A stretch of DNA of 64,000 bases from Coriobacteriia bacterium (GCA_030536315.1 JAUNQF010000004.1:14244-78243); one strand, 5' to 3'; positions 45,559 through 58,433 are shown, numbered from the stretch's first letter. Translations and numbers: made by a program. The notes: generated by a model from the sequence alone, not told the origin.

Positions 45559-46590
45559 CTACATTATCAAGTAATCAACCTGCCGAAGTCCTCAAGCCTG
45601 ACACGTCTGAAAGCCAAAAGCCTTAAAAACTCCAGGTTGCAAATCTAAACTTCTACTACCTCCGCCCATGCCTCCGCAATCATTAATTTTTGCTAGAACT
45701 GTCATTCCGTTTCAAGAAATTTGAACTGTATGATGAAAGTAAGATCTAAAATTTGGCCAGGCCATAGGAATAGCAACGCCCGTTGACCAATCATCGCAAA
45801 CTTCTCCAGTTGCAGTAGTTCCAGGATTTGGAGTATATGGGTCCGAAGATCCACCATACGCGCTTGCAAGCCCACTGGACCAGCCTGGTGTTGGAGGGTC
45901 TGGAGAAGGGCCTGGTTGTGGTCCCGGAGGTGTTGGCCCAGGCGTTGGAGTGTCTCCGCCGCCGCCTCCTCCTCCGATGTCGGATATCTCTCCTTCGAGT
46001 TCAGCAAGTTCTTCGGGGGTTAACTTAGCGCGAATACCTTGCAAGACAGTTTCAGCTTCGGCTAACTTCTCCGAAGCAGAAGCCAAGCATGCGTTTTGAG
46101 CAGCATTTTGAGAGTTTAAATTTTGAAGCGTGCTGTCAAAAGCATCCTTCTTTTCTTTGTTCTCTTTTGAAACATTTAAAAGATAATTCATTGCAGAATT
46201 TGCATAATCAATGTTTTTGGAAAAGTCATCAAGGCTTGTAGAACATGCAACCATAATAAAAATTGAAAAGATAGTCGAATTTTCGTATTGGTATTTAAGC
46301 AACGAATTTAGCTGAAGCTGAGACTCGGTCATTGCCCTTTGAGCCTCGAAAGCTTTTTGAGTTGTCGCTTCAATCTGGTTATATATTGACTTCGCTTCCG
46401 ACATAATTGCATTGTATTCGCTACGAACGCCGGAAAGATACGACTTCGCTTCGATATAATTGCTAACAGTCGAAGGGTCAGCATTAGCGGTTTTATGATT
46501 TCTGGAAATAAATAAAGAAGACAAAGCAAGCGTGAGAACAACCACGCATGCAATTGCTACTTTCATGCTACGTTTAAGCTTCATTTTCAT
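45559..46590 (-). CDS. Secreted cell-wall protein: PcsB-like coiled coil, Gly/Pro linker and RlpA-like DPBB domain
   Basis: Signal peptide, a long coiled coil, GGGGGGGDTPTPGPTPPGPQPGP, then ASAYGG...GTTATGE...VAIP...ISWNGMTVLAKINDCGGMGGGSRSLDLQPGVFKAFG. TGA at 45712 and 45592. TAG at 45559. Confidence 0.65.
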
Positions 46591-46598
46591 ACACGCGT

Positions 46599-46607
46599 AT
46601 TATACCA
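46599..46607 (-). promoter_or_regulatory. Extended -10 (TGGTATAAT) 8 nt upstream of the hydrolase ATG (leaderless-type)
   Basis: On the minus strand: TGG-TATAAT-ACGCGTGT-ATG. No SD sequence. Confidence 0.4.
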
Positions 46608-46677
46608 CAAAAGGTGTAATTATTGCCAGGCATGAAATGCATCAAAAGGTGTAATTATTGCCTGGCATGAAATACAT
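46608..46677. repeat. Tandem 35-bp direct repeat (2 copies, 2 mismatches)
   Basis: CAAAAGGTGTAATTATTGCC(A/T)GGCATGAAAT(G/A)CAT at 46608-46642 and 46643-46677. Each copy contains the palindrome TGCCWGGCA. Confidence 0.85.
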
Positions 46678-46680
46678 CTT

Positions 46681-49023
46681 TTATACGAATTTTGATTGAT
46701 ATTTATTGTACCAAATGTCTACGATCTTATAAAAAACGAAGAAAAGCCCGCACCCCACAGCGCAAGTTATGGCATGGAACAAGGCCATTTCTGTTGTGTA
46801 TTCTGCGATATTAAACAAATTGCCGAAGAAGACGCAACCCAAAATTGTGCCACCAACAATAACAATAATCAACCCGATGCGAATTGGCGTAAACGGAATC
46901 GATAGACGAATTACCAACATAAATCCAATAATAGACATCGTAAGCACGCACATTGTTGAAATTTGATCGTAATCAAAATTGAAAACGTTGTAGCCAATAA
47001 TATTTATAAACAAAATTGCAATCACTATCACGACCGCCGACGGGATAGACCTCACAATAACATTGGTCAAAAAATGCCCTTTAATCCTGTCGTGATTTGG
47101 CTCCAAGGCCAGTACGAATGATGGCACGCCAATAGTAAATGCCGAAATCAGCGTCATTTGAATTGGTTGGAATGGGTAACCTCAAGGCATGAATAAGAAA
47201 ATTAAGGCCAAAGACATCGAAAGTAAGGTCTTAACTAAAAATAACGAAGCCGAGCGCTGCAGGTTGTTTATGCTTCGCCTGCCTTCGGCAACAACATTTG
47301 TCATTGTTGCAAAATCATTCTCAAGCAAAACCAAGTGAGCAACATTTCTTGCAGCAGCACTCCCCGATGCCATTGCGATGCTACAATCCGCTTGCTTCAA
47401 ACTCAAAACATCGTTAACACCATCGCCAGTCATAGCAACTGTGTGGCCAAATTTTTGAAGCGCAACAACAAAGGCTTTCTTCTGTTCGGGCTTCACCCTT
47501 CCAAAAACAGCGAAGTTCTGGACCGCTTCGGCAATTTCTTCGTCAGTTTTAAGAGTAGTTGCGTCAACATATTTTTCAGCATTTGCAACACCAACCGTCT
47601 TCGCAATTCCAGAAACCGTGCGAGGGTCATCGCCAGAAATTACCTTGACGGTTACGCCTTCGTCCTGGAAAAACTTAATGGTGTCAGCAGCAGTTTCGCG
47701 AATTTCATCCTTAATGCAAATAAATCCAAGCGGTTTAGGCGTTCCCTTAATGTTGCCTTTATCGTCAAAGCCATCAACCTTTGCAACAAGCAAAACGCGC
47801 GAATCAACAGCCAAATCTTGAGCTTGCTTAACAACCGCGCCTTCGCTTGCGTTTAAAATAAACTGTGTTGCACCTTGAACATAGCAGCCTTCGCTAAATT
47901 CTGCACCACTTCATTTTTTATCCGAGGAAAAAGGGATGACCTTCTTCAAACTCAACTTGTCAGTCTTGTTGTCCTTAAAATAATTTTCAATTGCAAGCGC
48001 GGTCTCATTTTTGTCATCATCGGCATCGTTGATATTTTTGATGGCTCGGATAAGCTCGTCTTCGCTATCCTTCTTTATAGGAACAATTTTATCCAACAGC
48101 ATTTTCCCCGAAGTAATAGTCCCAGTTTTATCCGCACAAAAAACATCAACACGAGCCAACGTTTCAATGCAATAAAGTTGTTGAACTAAAACCTTGTGCT
48201 TCGCCAACCGCACAACCGCAACCGCTAAAACTGTTGACGTCAGCAAAATAAGTCCCTCAGGGATCATACCTATCATTGCCGAAACCGTTGTAAGAATAGA
48301 CTGGATTAGATCGATTCCGTTGAAGAAATAAGCCTTCGCAAAAAGCAGTGCACCCAGCGGAAATATGATGATAGAGATAATGCGAATAAGTCCGTTCATG
48401 GTTTCCATAATTTGAGAATTAACCATCTTATGGACCTTGGCTTCGGCAGTAATTTTATTAGCATAACTTGCAGCTCCAACATGCGTTACCTTTGCATAAA
48501 CTTTTCCACTATTGATAAAAGATCCACTCATGAGCTTACTGTCTTTTTGCTTCGCGATAAGATCGCTCTCGCCAGTAAGCAAGCTTTCGTTGCAATCACA
48601 AAAACCTTCAACAACAATACAATCCGCCGGAACTTGATCCCCGCGCCCAAGCTCAATAATATCGTCTTCAACAATTTCGTCACTATTAATCTCGAGAGTC
48701 TTCCCATCACGAAGCGCCTTAACCTTTGCTTTTGCAACAATGGTTAACTTGTCAGTTGTCTTCTTGCTTCGAATTTCCTGGATGATACCAATTGCTGTAT
48801 TGCAAACAATAACGCCCATGAAAAGCATGTTTTTGAAGCTACCTGTAAGTGCGACAATAATTGCAAGGATCACGTTGACAGCGTTAAACAAAGTGAAAAT
48901 ATTGTCGTAACAAATTCGTTTAACCGAACGAGTTTTCAAGCCTGCATCGGTATTAACCTTGCCAGCCTTAACTCTCTCCTCAACCTCAACGGAACTTAAA
49001 CCTGTTATTTTGCCTTCGCTCAA
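46681..49023 (-). CDS. Cation-transporting P-type ATPase (about 780 aa)
   Basis: One frame with TGA at 47911 and 47182. Motifs TGES, CADKTGTIT and MTGDGVNDVLSLKQAD. TTG start after AGGAG. Confidence 0.85.
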
Positions 49024-51797
49024 TTTTCTCCTGTCGCAATATCCACAACTAGCGGAACATCTAACTTGACTGCGTTTTCCATATCAGTCTTTACCAACTC
49101 GGTTACAGTATCAATTTCAGATTTATCTACCGACAAATCCAATTCATCGTGAACTTGCAACATAAGTTTCGATTTTAAACTTTGCTTACGCATAGATTCA
49201 CTAACGCGAATCATGGCAATCTTAATAATGTCGGCGGCGCTGCCCTGCATTGGATGATTCATTGCAGTTCTTTCTCCGAAGCCACGGAAGCGCTTGTTCG
49301 TTGCAGTCAACTCTGGAATGTAACGGCGTCGGCCGAACATCGTTTCAGCATAACCTTTGAGCGTTGCGTCTTCGACTACCCTATCTAAATACTTACGAAC
49401 TTGAGGATAACTATTAAAATAACTATCGATCATCTGCTTCGCTTCGCCCATACTAATCTTTAAACTTTGCGAAAGCCCAAACGCCTGCTGTCCATAAACA
49501 ATTCCGAAGTTTACCGCCTTCGCTTTACGGCGCATGTCTGGTGTAACTTTATCTACACTAACACCAAAAACGTTTGCAGCTGTGTGAGCGTGAAAATCAT
49601 TACCACTTGTAAATGCCTCAATTAATCCTTTGTCTTGAGATAAATGAGCAAGAACACGCAATTCTATCTGGCTATAATCTGCCGTTAGAAAGACTTCGTC
49701 TTTTTTAAGAGGCAGGAAGCATTCACGAATTTGATTTCCAAACTCACTTCGAGTTGGAATGTTTTGAATATTAGGATCACTTGAAGACAAGCGACCGGTT
49801 GTTGTTACCTTTTGATTGTAAGTTGTGTGAACTATATCATTCTTGTCTGCCAATGCTGGAAGTGCATCTATATAGGTTGATTTTAATTTTGCGTATTCGC
49901 GGTATTCAATAATCTTAGCCGGCAATGGATGGATGGCCGATAAATCAGCCAAGACTTCAGCGTCGGTCGAATAACCAGTTTTGGTTTTCTTCTTCGCTGG
50001 CAAGCCCAAAACTTCAAAGAGGATATGGCTTAACTGTTTTGGCGAATCGATGTTGAATTCTTCGCCCGCAAGCTCAAGAATTTCAGATTTCAAATGTTCC
50101 AAAAGTTTAGCTGTCTTGACACTTAACTTATCGAGCATAGCTCGGTCGATCTTTGTGCCAACAACTTGCATTTGAACAAGAACTTTTGTAAGCGGAATTT
50201 CAATGTCCTTATAAATTTTATCCGCGTTGTCTTCACTTAATCTCTTGTCTAAAAACTCTCTCAACGCAAACGAAGCAGCCGCACGGCGAGCAAGACGAAG
50301 TTGCAGAATCTTATTCTTTTTATCTATGAAAGATTGTTCAGTTTTCTTTTCGCCTTCCTCAGGTTCAATATCTAAAGTCGGAAGTAAACTTCCGAAGACT
50401 TGTTGCCATGCATCAACAGCACTATATTCACTCTTCGATGAATTTAGTAAATACGCAGCAAGACTAACATCATAAAAATTTAATTTATAAAAATTATCTG
50501 CGCTAATAAACTCGTCGAAAAGGACCTCAAAAATTGCTTTAGCATTTTCAGCAATCACTTCATGATTGGATTTTGCAATCTCAACTAAAATTTCAATAGC
50601 AGAGTCGCCTTCAAGGATTGCTGTCTCTTTATTGTTTGAGATTCCCAATAATAAATTCTTGAACTCAGGATATTCTGAAGCAATTTCCTCATCAAAAAGC
50701 GAAGTCTGAACAGGTGCTTCTTGCTTATGAGAAATTGCAATGGCAAAATCACCTTTAATTAATTTCTTGGAAAGAGCAAGTGCATCTTCGCCTTCGACAA
50801 AATTTTCAAAGACGAGTTTAGATTCTTTAAGCACAACTTTTTCTTCTTTTTTGATTGCAGGACTTGGTTGCGAAGGTTCCGCCTTCGAATCTTCAGGCAA
50901 AGATTCTTCCGGGACAACTCCAATCAATTTTAAAACTCCGCTCAAGGCAGAACGCATGCGGAACTTTAAAAAAGTTTCACTTACTGTGTCTTGATCGAAG
51001 TTAGGAAACGCGATGTTCTCCAAATCAATATCAATTGGAACATCCTTAGAAATTGTTGCAGCAGTACGACTAACATAAGCTGCTTCTTTATTATCACGAA
51101 TGTTTTCTTGCTGCTTGCCTTTAAGCTCATCAATATGTTCATAAAGCCCTTCAAGGCTTTCATATTTTTGCAAAAGCGCAGAGGCACTTTTTGGGCCAAT
51201 TCCAGGAACACCAGGAATGTTATCCGAAGAATCCCCCATTAGTGCAAGGTAATCAATGAATTGCTCAACGCTAACACCATATTTTTCCTTGACTTCAGCA
51301 GGACCTAGGATGGCAACATCGCTAACACCTTTTTTCATATTAACAATTTTGGTCAAATCAGTCGCAAGTTGGTTGGCATCCTTATCACCAGTCACGAGCA
51401 AAGTTTCAAAGCCAAGTTTTTCACACTTATCAGCAATGCTGCCTAAGACATCGTCGCCTTCCCAGCCTTCAACTTTAACAACTGGAATCCCCATGCTCTC
51501 AAGCATCTCTTCAATGATTGGAAATTGCAAACGAAGTTCATTATCCATAGGCTTTCGCTGAGCCTTATATTGCTCAACCGCCTCTAATCGAAATTGCGGA
51601 ATACCAGCATCAAATGCACAAATTACAGCATCTGGCTGAGCCTTTTCATAAAAGCTAAGAAACATATTCATAAATCCATGAACCGCATTCGTCGGCGTGC
51701 CATCAGCCAACTTCATCACAGGAGGCACCGCATGATACGCACGATGCGTTCACGAATTCCCGTCAATCACCGCTATTTTTTTTGTGCTTTTAGTCAT
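49005..51797 (-). CDS. polA: DNA polymerase I
   Basis: MTKSTKKIAVIDGNS-W(51750)-THRAYHA..., 5' nuclease and polymerase domains (QVHDELD). The track stop at 49020 is a TGA on the conserved C-terminal ...GENW...; the true TAA is at 49005. Confidence 0.92.
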
Positions 51798-52186
51798 GTC
51801 TCCAAAAAGAGCGAAGCCGCAACGCTGTCAACCTTGCCTCGCATTTCTTTCTCACTCAAACCTTGCTCGCGAAGAATCGCCTTCGCTTCGACAGAGCTCA
51901 AGCGCTCATCAACAAACTCAACCGGCAAGCCATAAAGGAGCGAAATCTCATCCGCAATATCTTTCACATGAGCAGCCTGAACGTTCTCTTCGCCGTCCAT
52001 CGACTTTGGCAAGCCAATAACAAACTTCTCAGGCAAATAGTCTTGCAAAATAAGTTGAAAATCTTTGGACTTATTCATTATATCGTCCAAGCTTAGAACT
52101 TTTAAGGGCGTAGCAATTTGACTGCTATCGTTACCCGAGGCGATACCAACTCGAGCATCCCCTATGTCAAGCGCTAAAACATTCAT
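51773..52186 (-). CDS. ruvX: Holliday-junction-resolvase-like YqgF/RuvX
   Basis: MNVLALDIGDARVGIA... Reads through TGA at 51794 (LFLET-W-LKAQKK) to TAG at 51773. Overlaps the polA start. Confidence 0.8.
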
Positions 52187-52189
52187 GAT

Positions 52190-54832
52190 TTATTTGAGCA
52201 AATCTTTCGCGATTTTCAAGGCTTCGGCGACACCTTCGGCTTTTGTGCCTCCAGCTTGAGCCATTCTATCTTGGCCACCGCCGCCACCATTAATGCAAGG
52301 CGAAATTTTCTTGATAATATCAACAGCGTTAAATCCTGCCTTAACAGCCTTCGAAGTTCCAGCCGCAAGCAGCAACACTTTCTCACCCTTCGTTCCTGCC
52401 AAAACAGCAGCACAATTATCACCGCAGTGATCAACAATTGCATCTCAATATTCTTTAAAGTCATAATTACGAATGTCTCCGCAATCAAGAACAAGACAGT
52501 CAAAACCCATACTCGACTTTTCCAAATCATCAAAAACTTCTTTGCGAATCATCGTCGATTGCTTGCTGTGAGAAAACTCAAGCTCCTTCTTCAGCTCTTT
52601 AACATTGGCAAGCATCTTTGAAACATTTTGAGTAAGCTGAGTCTTGTTGCCCTTCAAAAGCGAAGCAGCCTTATCCATTTCCGCAATCAAACCGGAAGTG
52701 TAATTATAAGCATCGTAGCTGGTGCAAGCCTCAATTCTGCGAGCATTCGCACCAACTGAACTTTCATTAATAATCTTAACGAAGCCAATCTCGCCGGTGT
52801 TTTTAACGTGACAACCACCGCAAAGCTCTTCGCTGAAATTACCAACATTAACAACGCGAACTTCTTCGCCGTATTTCTCGCCGAAAAGAGCAGTAACGCC
52901 CTTCGACCTTGCTTCCTTTAGACTTGTGTTATAAGTCTCAACATCAAAGGCACGCATAATTTGATCGTTCGCGAGTTTCTCAACCTCGGCAATTTGATCA
53001 GCGTTTAGCGCTTCAAAATGTGTAAAGTCAAAACGAAGACGATCCGGTGCAACATGCGAACCAGCTTGATTAACATGATCACCCAAGACCTCGCGAAGCG
53101 CCCAATGCAAAATGTGAGTTGCCGTATGGTTCCTAGTAATTCTTGCACGACGAAGCGCATCAACCTCAAGGTCAACTTTATCGCCAAGCTTAAAACTTCC
53201 ACCAACAACTTTAACACTGTGAGCAGTAAGTCCAGGTTCAGGAACAACAGTATCCACTACTTCAGCTTCGTTCTTTTCAGTATTACTAATGTATCCAGTG
53301 TCACCTACTTGGCCACCCATCTCCCCATAAAATGGAGTCTTTTCAACAACGATGCTTCCCTGGTCGCCTTTCTTTAAAGTTTTAACACGCTTGCCATCTT
53401 TTATAAGCGCAATAATTTTCGAAGAACATTCAAGCTCATCATAACCAACAAATTTTGTCGGTCCGTTTTCAGCGAGGATCTCGCCAGCAACACTTGCTTT
53501 AAGCTCCCAAGCAGCTTCCGCGTCTTCGGCATTTGCAGCACGAGCACGCTCAACTTGCTCTTTCATGCATTTTTCAAAGCCCTTTTCATCAAGCTTAAAT
53601 CCCTGCTCTTCGATAATTTCTTTAGTAACATCAATCGGGAAACCATAAGTATCATGAAGCTTAAAAGCTTGCTCCCCTGAAAGTTTCTTTGTTTTGTCGG
53701 CAGACTTTAGAAAGTCATCCAAAAACTGAGTGCCTTGATTCAAAGTTTGACCAAAGCGCTCCTCTTCAGAAAGAACAACTCGTTTGATTAGCTTTTCATT
53801 ATCAACAACTTCTGGGTAAGTTTCACCCATAAGCTTAATTACTTCGTCAATAAACTTGCTTAAGAACGGACCTTCAAACCCAAGCAAATAGGCCTTCATG
53901 ACAGATCGCCTTAGCAAGCGGCGGAGCACGTATTCGCGGCCTTCGTTACCAGGCAAAATACCGTCAGCAATCATAAAAGTAATCGCACGCGAATGATCCG
54001 CAATAATGCGCAAACTCAAATCGCTCTTTTTATCCGCGCCATATTTAACGCCGAAGAGCTTCTCGCCAACTGCAATAAGGCTCTTCATAATATCAGTTTC
54101 ATAATTCGAAGACACACCTTGCATGATTGCAGCCATGCGCTCAAGACCCAAGCCAGTGTCAATATTTTTCTTGGGAAGAGGCTTTAACGTTCCGTCTTCT
54201 TGTCCATCATATTGAGTAAAAACCAAATTCCAGTATTCTAAGAATCTATCACAATCACAACCTGGTGCACAGTCCTTTTTACCGCAACCAAATTCTTCGC
54301 CTTGATCATAATAAAGTTCAGAACAAGGGCCACAAGGACCAGTTGGACCAGCACGCCAGAAATTATCTTCGTCACCAAGTTTAACTATATGGCTATCGTC
54401 AACTCCAAGCTTCTTTCAAATTTCGATGCATTCATCATCGTCTTTATAAACGCTGAAATAAAGCTTTTCAAACGGAAGCCCCAAAACGTCCAACGAAAAT
54501 TCAAGCGCCCACTGACACATTTCCTTTTTGAAATACTGACCAAAGCTAAAATTACCAAGCATCTCAAAAAATGTTAAATGCCTGCCTGTGGTACCAATAA
54601 TGTCAATATCATTTGTGCGAACACACTTTTGAACAGTTGCAGTCCCGATAAATTCCTTCGGCAATTTCTTTTGTTGCAAAAAGTATGGCTTGAACTGAAC
54701 CATTCCAGCACTTGTCAAAAGAAGCGATGGATCATCAGGAATCAGCGAAGACGAAGGCATCACCTTCGAACCTTTATCTTCGAAAAACTTTAAAAACTTA
54801 GAACGTATTTCAGCAGTGGTCATAAACTTCAT
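52190..54832 (-). CDS. alaS: Alanyl-tRNA synthetase
   Basis: Three in-frame ORFs joined by TGA at 54416 (on the conserved ...EIW...) and 52445. Contains FFEMLGNFSFG and GPCGPCSE, plus a C-terminal DHHA1 domain. Confidence 0.95.
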
Positions 54833-54847
54833 GCTACCCCTACTGGT

Positions 54848-56119
54848 TTACTTTTTTGCTGCTTTTTTAGTAGTCTTCTTGGCAGCTTTTGCTGTGTTGG
54901 CATTTCTGCCTTCAACTTTATATTCTTCTCCAGGTTTGATTTCCAAAGCATCATAAAGCGGAATAACCTTTTTAGTGCTGTAAGGAACACCCTGGAACAA
55001 AAATCCATCTTCGGCAACAAGTTGCTTGCCTGTGTTCTTTTCGTAATAATAAACAAAAAGCGATTTAAACAATGCAACAAAAGGAATGGCCAAAAGCATA
55101 CCAACTAATGAACCAATAACTCCACTCATAGCTCCACCAATTGCACCACCTGCTGTCAAGCATAACAATGTTAAAACTGGATGAATGCTGCATGACGAAG
55201 ACATGATCTTTGGAGAAATGAAAGTATAAACAAGGCCTTGGAAAGCAGAAACAATAATAAGCGCTAAAATTGCAATCCAAACGCTGTTAAATATGCCTCC
55301 TACAAAAGCAATGATAGAAGCCAAAATTGGACCAAAAATTGGAATGATATTTAAAACACCAACAATGCATCCAAAAGCGCCAGAGTTTGGCATACCCATA
55401 ATCCAAAAAGCAAGACCCGAAGCAACACCAATAATTAAACATTGCAAAAATGTTCCTCTAATGAATCCTGCCATAACATGAGTACAAGAAACATGCCACA
55501 TTTTTGAATCTTCTTTAAAGCGCTTAGGAATTAATTTTGTTGTCTCTCTACCGATAGCTGGAAGTTCAATAAGAATCCAAAAAGCAATTACAAGAGCAAT
55601 ACCCAAAGCCATAAATGTGCTACCGATTGCGCCTCCAACAGCAAGGATTCCATTAGCGCTAACTGTTGCGATGTCACCACCCATAGCACTTAAACTTGCA
55701 GCAGCATCGTTAATTCACTTTTGAACGTTTTGGTCTTTAAGGAAATGTCCATATTGAGAATACATACCCTTAGCTCATTCAACAACAATTCCAACATATT
55801 TAGGAATGTCATCGATTATATTTCTAATTTGCTCGAAAAATCCAAAAGCAGGAGAAAACATAAACAGCAAAACCAAAGCTACAACAAGAAACATCACAAC
55901 GTAGGCAATGATTGTTCCAAAAGCTCTGTTAATTCCCTTTTCTTCACATTTATTAACAATACCACGAAGCAAAAATACGAAGATTGTTGTTCAAATTAAT
56001 ATAGAAACAGGTGTGGAAAGAACACCAAAAAGAAGTGTAAGTAGGAAAATTATTGCACAAACACCTAATATAGTTGCGCAAATTAATGCTCTCTTACCCC
56101 ATATTTTTGTTTTGTCCAT
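54848..56119 (-). CDS. AI-2E family transporter (PerM/UPF0118)
   Basis: One frame with TGA at 55991, 55775 and 55715. Multi-pass membrane protein. GGAGGG RBS. Confidence 0.7.
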
Positions 56120-56133
56120 AAAACCCTCCGATA

Positions 56134-56724
56134 TTAGTTAAATGAAACATATGGATTAGACGATGCATTGTTAACGTTTTGAGGAATGGTAGCAGTTTGA
56201 CCAGCTGACGTGTCATTCTTTACAACTTTGCGACCAAATTTTCTACCTTGACTTCTTGATTGATTAACAATTTGATCGATGTTGTCGCCTTCTTCGAGTT
56301 GACCTATATATTCACTTTTTTTGCCGCCACCAAAAAGACCAACAATTTTATTGCTTGCCTTATTCAACAAATCTGCTGGAGCATTAACTAAGTTTCCAAC
56401 AGAATTAGTAGCCTTTGCAGCATTTTCAGAAATCTGGTTAACATTTTCCATGATTTGATCAACACGCATAAGCTCAAGGTTAGCAGCATCAATCGAAAGA
56501 GAAACCCTCTCAATAAGCGGGTCAACCCTATCAATGGCAGGTTGGATCTTCGTTGTGATTTGCTCAATATTTTCAATAGTAGGTGTTAGTTGAGCGTGAA
56601 CTTCGTCGATTTTTTTACGTGATTTACGAAGCGTAATTACAAGCTCGACCAAAAATCAAGCAAGAGCAATACCAACGCAAACTCCAACAAAAATTAGCAC
56701 TGCGTAAAAAATTCCCATATTCAT
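56134..56724 (-). CDS. DUF948-like membrane-anchored coiled-coil protein
   Basis: AGGAGG RBS. MNMGIFYAVLIFVGVCVGIALA-W(56656)-FLVELVITLRKSRKKIDE... followed by helical repeats. Confidence 0.6.
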
Positions 56725-56748
56725 GTTCTTTCCTCCTAAAATTCATCT

Positions 56749-56833
56749 TGGTACGGGCGAAAGGACTTGAACCTTCACGAGTTGCCTCAACGGCACCTAA
56801 AACCGTCGCGTCTGCCAATTCCGCCACGCCCGC
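56749..56833 (-). tRNA. tRNA-Leu (anticodon UAG), long variable arm, CCA encoded
   Basis: On the minus strand: GCGGGCGTGGCGGAATTGGCAGACGCGACGGT-TTTAGGT-GCCGT...GGTTCAAGTCC...CCA. The G1:U72 pair is slightly unusual. Confidence 0.85.
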
Positions 56834-56892
56834 ACGACATTTTATTATAACGAAATAATTCCCTATTGCACCTTAAAGATTTTATAAAAAGA

Positions 56893-56970
56893 TGGGGTGG
56901 GTGACGAGATTTGAACTCGCGATCTCAAGAGCCACAATCTTGCGCCTTAGCCAACTAGGCCACACCCACC
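56893..56970 (-). tRNA. tRNA-His (anticodon GUG) with encoded G-1 and CCA
   Basis: On the minus strand: G-GTGGGTG...CAAGA-TTGTGGC-TCTTG...GTTCAAATC...CACCCAC-C-CCA. Confidence 0.9.
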
Positions 56971-57024
56971 ATTGCAAGCGAGCATTATACTATTTATCTC
57001 GCCAACCGCAAGAACAAATAAAAA

Positions 57025-58293
57025 TTATTCATATAACGGATGCTTGGCGAGAAGTTCTTTTGCAACCTCAGAGGCGTGAGCAATCACCGCTTCGTCGTTT
57101 ATATTGAATGCAACTTTTGCAATCTCCGAAGCAACAGCCTTGCACTCCTCGGCATTAAATCCCCTGGCAGTAACAGGTGCAGCTCCAATTCGAATACCAC
57201 TGCAAACTTTTGGTGGAAGCTTATCAAAAGGAATTCCGTTCTTGTTAAAAGTGATATTAGCCTTCGCACATGCAGCCTCAACTTCGGTGCCAGTAGCCTT
57301 TGCAGGCTGGCAGTCAATAAGACAAATATGGTTTTCAGTCCCACCAGTTACAAGGCGAAGTCCACCTTCGACGATCGCCTCGCCCATCGCCGAAGTGTTT
57401 TTAACCACATTATGAGCATAAGTTTTGAATTCATCAGTCATTGCTTTCTTGAAACAAACTGCTTTAGCCGCAATAATATGCATAAGCGGACCACCTTGAC
57501 AACCTGGGAAAACACCCTTGTCAACCTTTTTAGCAATCTCTTCATTGTTGCTAAGGATAATGCCAGATCGAGGCCCCCGAAGCGTTTTATGTGTTGTTGC
57601 GCTAACAACATCAGCATATGGCAAGGGAGACGGATGTGCTCCACCAGCAATAAGTCCTGCAATATGAGCAGCATCAACCATAAGGTATGCCCCTACTTCG
57701 TCAGCAATTTCACGAAACTTCGCAAAATCAATCTGACGAGGATAAGTCGAATAACCAGTTACAATTAACTTCGGTTTGACCTCTTTGGCTTGCTCCATAA
57801 TCTTGTCATAGTTAAGCATTTCAGTTTCAGGATCAAGCGTGTAGCTAACAGAATTGTAATATTTACCGCTGAAGCTTACAGGCGCACCATGTGTCAAGTG
57901 GCCGCCATTGTCCAAGGTCATACCCATAATTGTATCCCCTGGTTCACAAAGCGCATTATAAACAGCGAAGTTCGCGCTGCTACCGCTATGAGGCTGAACG
58001 TTCGCAAAGTTGCAGCCAAAAAGCTTGCAAGCGCGATCAATTGCAACTCTCTCAATTTCGTCAATAACTTCACAACCTCCATAATACCTTGCCCCAGGAT
58101 ACCCTTCAGCGTACTTATTAGTTAAAATACTTCCAGCAACTTCCATTACTTCAGGATAAGTAAAGTTCTCCGAAGCAATAAGCTCGACGCTCTCTTTTTG
58201 ACGCGTTAGCTCCTTGTTTGTTAACTCATAGATTTCTGGATCGTTAGATTTGAGGGCAATTAAAGTCTCGTCGAAATTAATTTTTTGTTCCAA
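57025..58293 (-). CDS. glyA: Serine hydroxymethyltransferase
   Basis: 422 aa. Contains IASENF and TTHKTLRGPRSG. TTG start after GGGAGG. Confidence 0.92.
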   Translation of the reverse strand: MEQKINFDETLIALKSNDPEIYELTNKELTRQKESVELIASENFTYPEVMEVAGSILTNKYAEGYPGARYYGGCEVIDEIERVAIDRACKLFGCNFANVQPHSGSSANFAVYNALCEPGDTIMGMTLDNGGHLTHGAPVSFSGKYYNSVSYTLDPETEMLNYDKIMEQAKEVKPKLIVTGYSTYPRQIDFAKFREIADEVGAYLMVDAAHIAGLIAGGAHPSPLPYADVVSATTHKTLRGPRSGIILSNNEEIAKKVDKGVFPGCQGGPLMHIIAAKAVCFKKAMTDEFKTYAHNVVKNTSAMGEAIVEGGLRLVTGGTENHICLIDCQPAKATGTEVEAACAKANITFNKNGIPFDKLPPKVCSGIRIGAAPVTARGFNAEECKAVASEIAKVAFNINDEAVIAHASEVAKELLAKHPLYE

Positions 58294-58387
58294 TTTGGCC
58301 TCCCGCTTGAGAATTTTTTGCGATGAGCCTATTATACATATTTGAAAATTATTGCACCAACAAATTACAACTAATCGTAAATAATTC

Positions 58388-58415
58388 TTGCAAAATTAAA
58401 ACCCTTGGCTATAAT
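58388..58415 (+). promoter_or_regulatory. Candidate tRNA-Lys promoter TTGCAA-16-TATAAT
   Basis: TTGCAA at 58388-58393 and TATAAT at 58410-58415, 18 nt upstream of the tRNA. Confidence 0.45.
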
Positions 58416-58433
58416 ATCACTTGCTCTTTTCAC

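Noticed and set aside
46608-46677. CRISPR array.
   Set aside because: There are only two directly abutting 35-bp copies with no spacers, and no cas genes. No CRISPR-like array occurs anywhere in the window.
56624-57107. Track ORFs 56624..56827 (-) and 56892..57107 (+); likewise 58323..58547 (+).
   Set aside because: They are read across tRNA-Leu, tRNA-His and tRNA-Lys genes, have no RBS, and their composition is dictated by the tRNA sequence.
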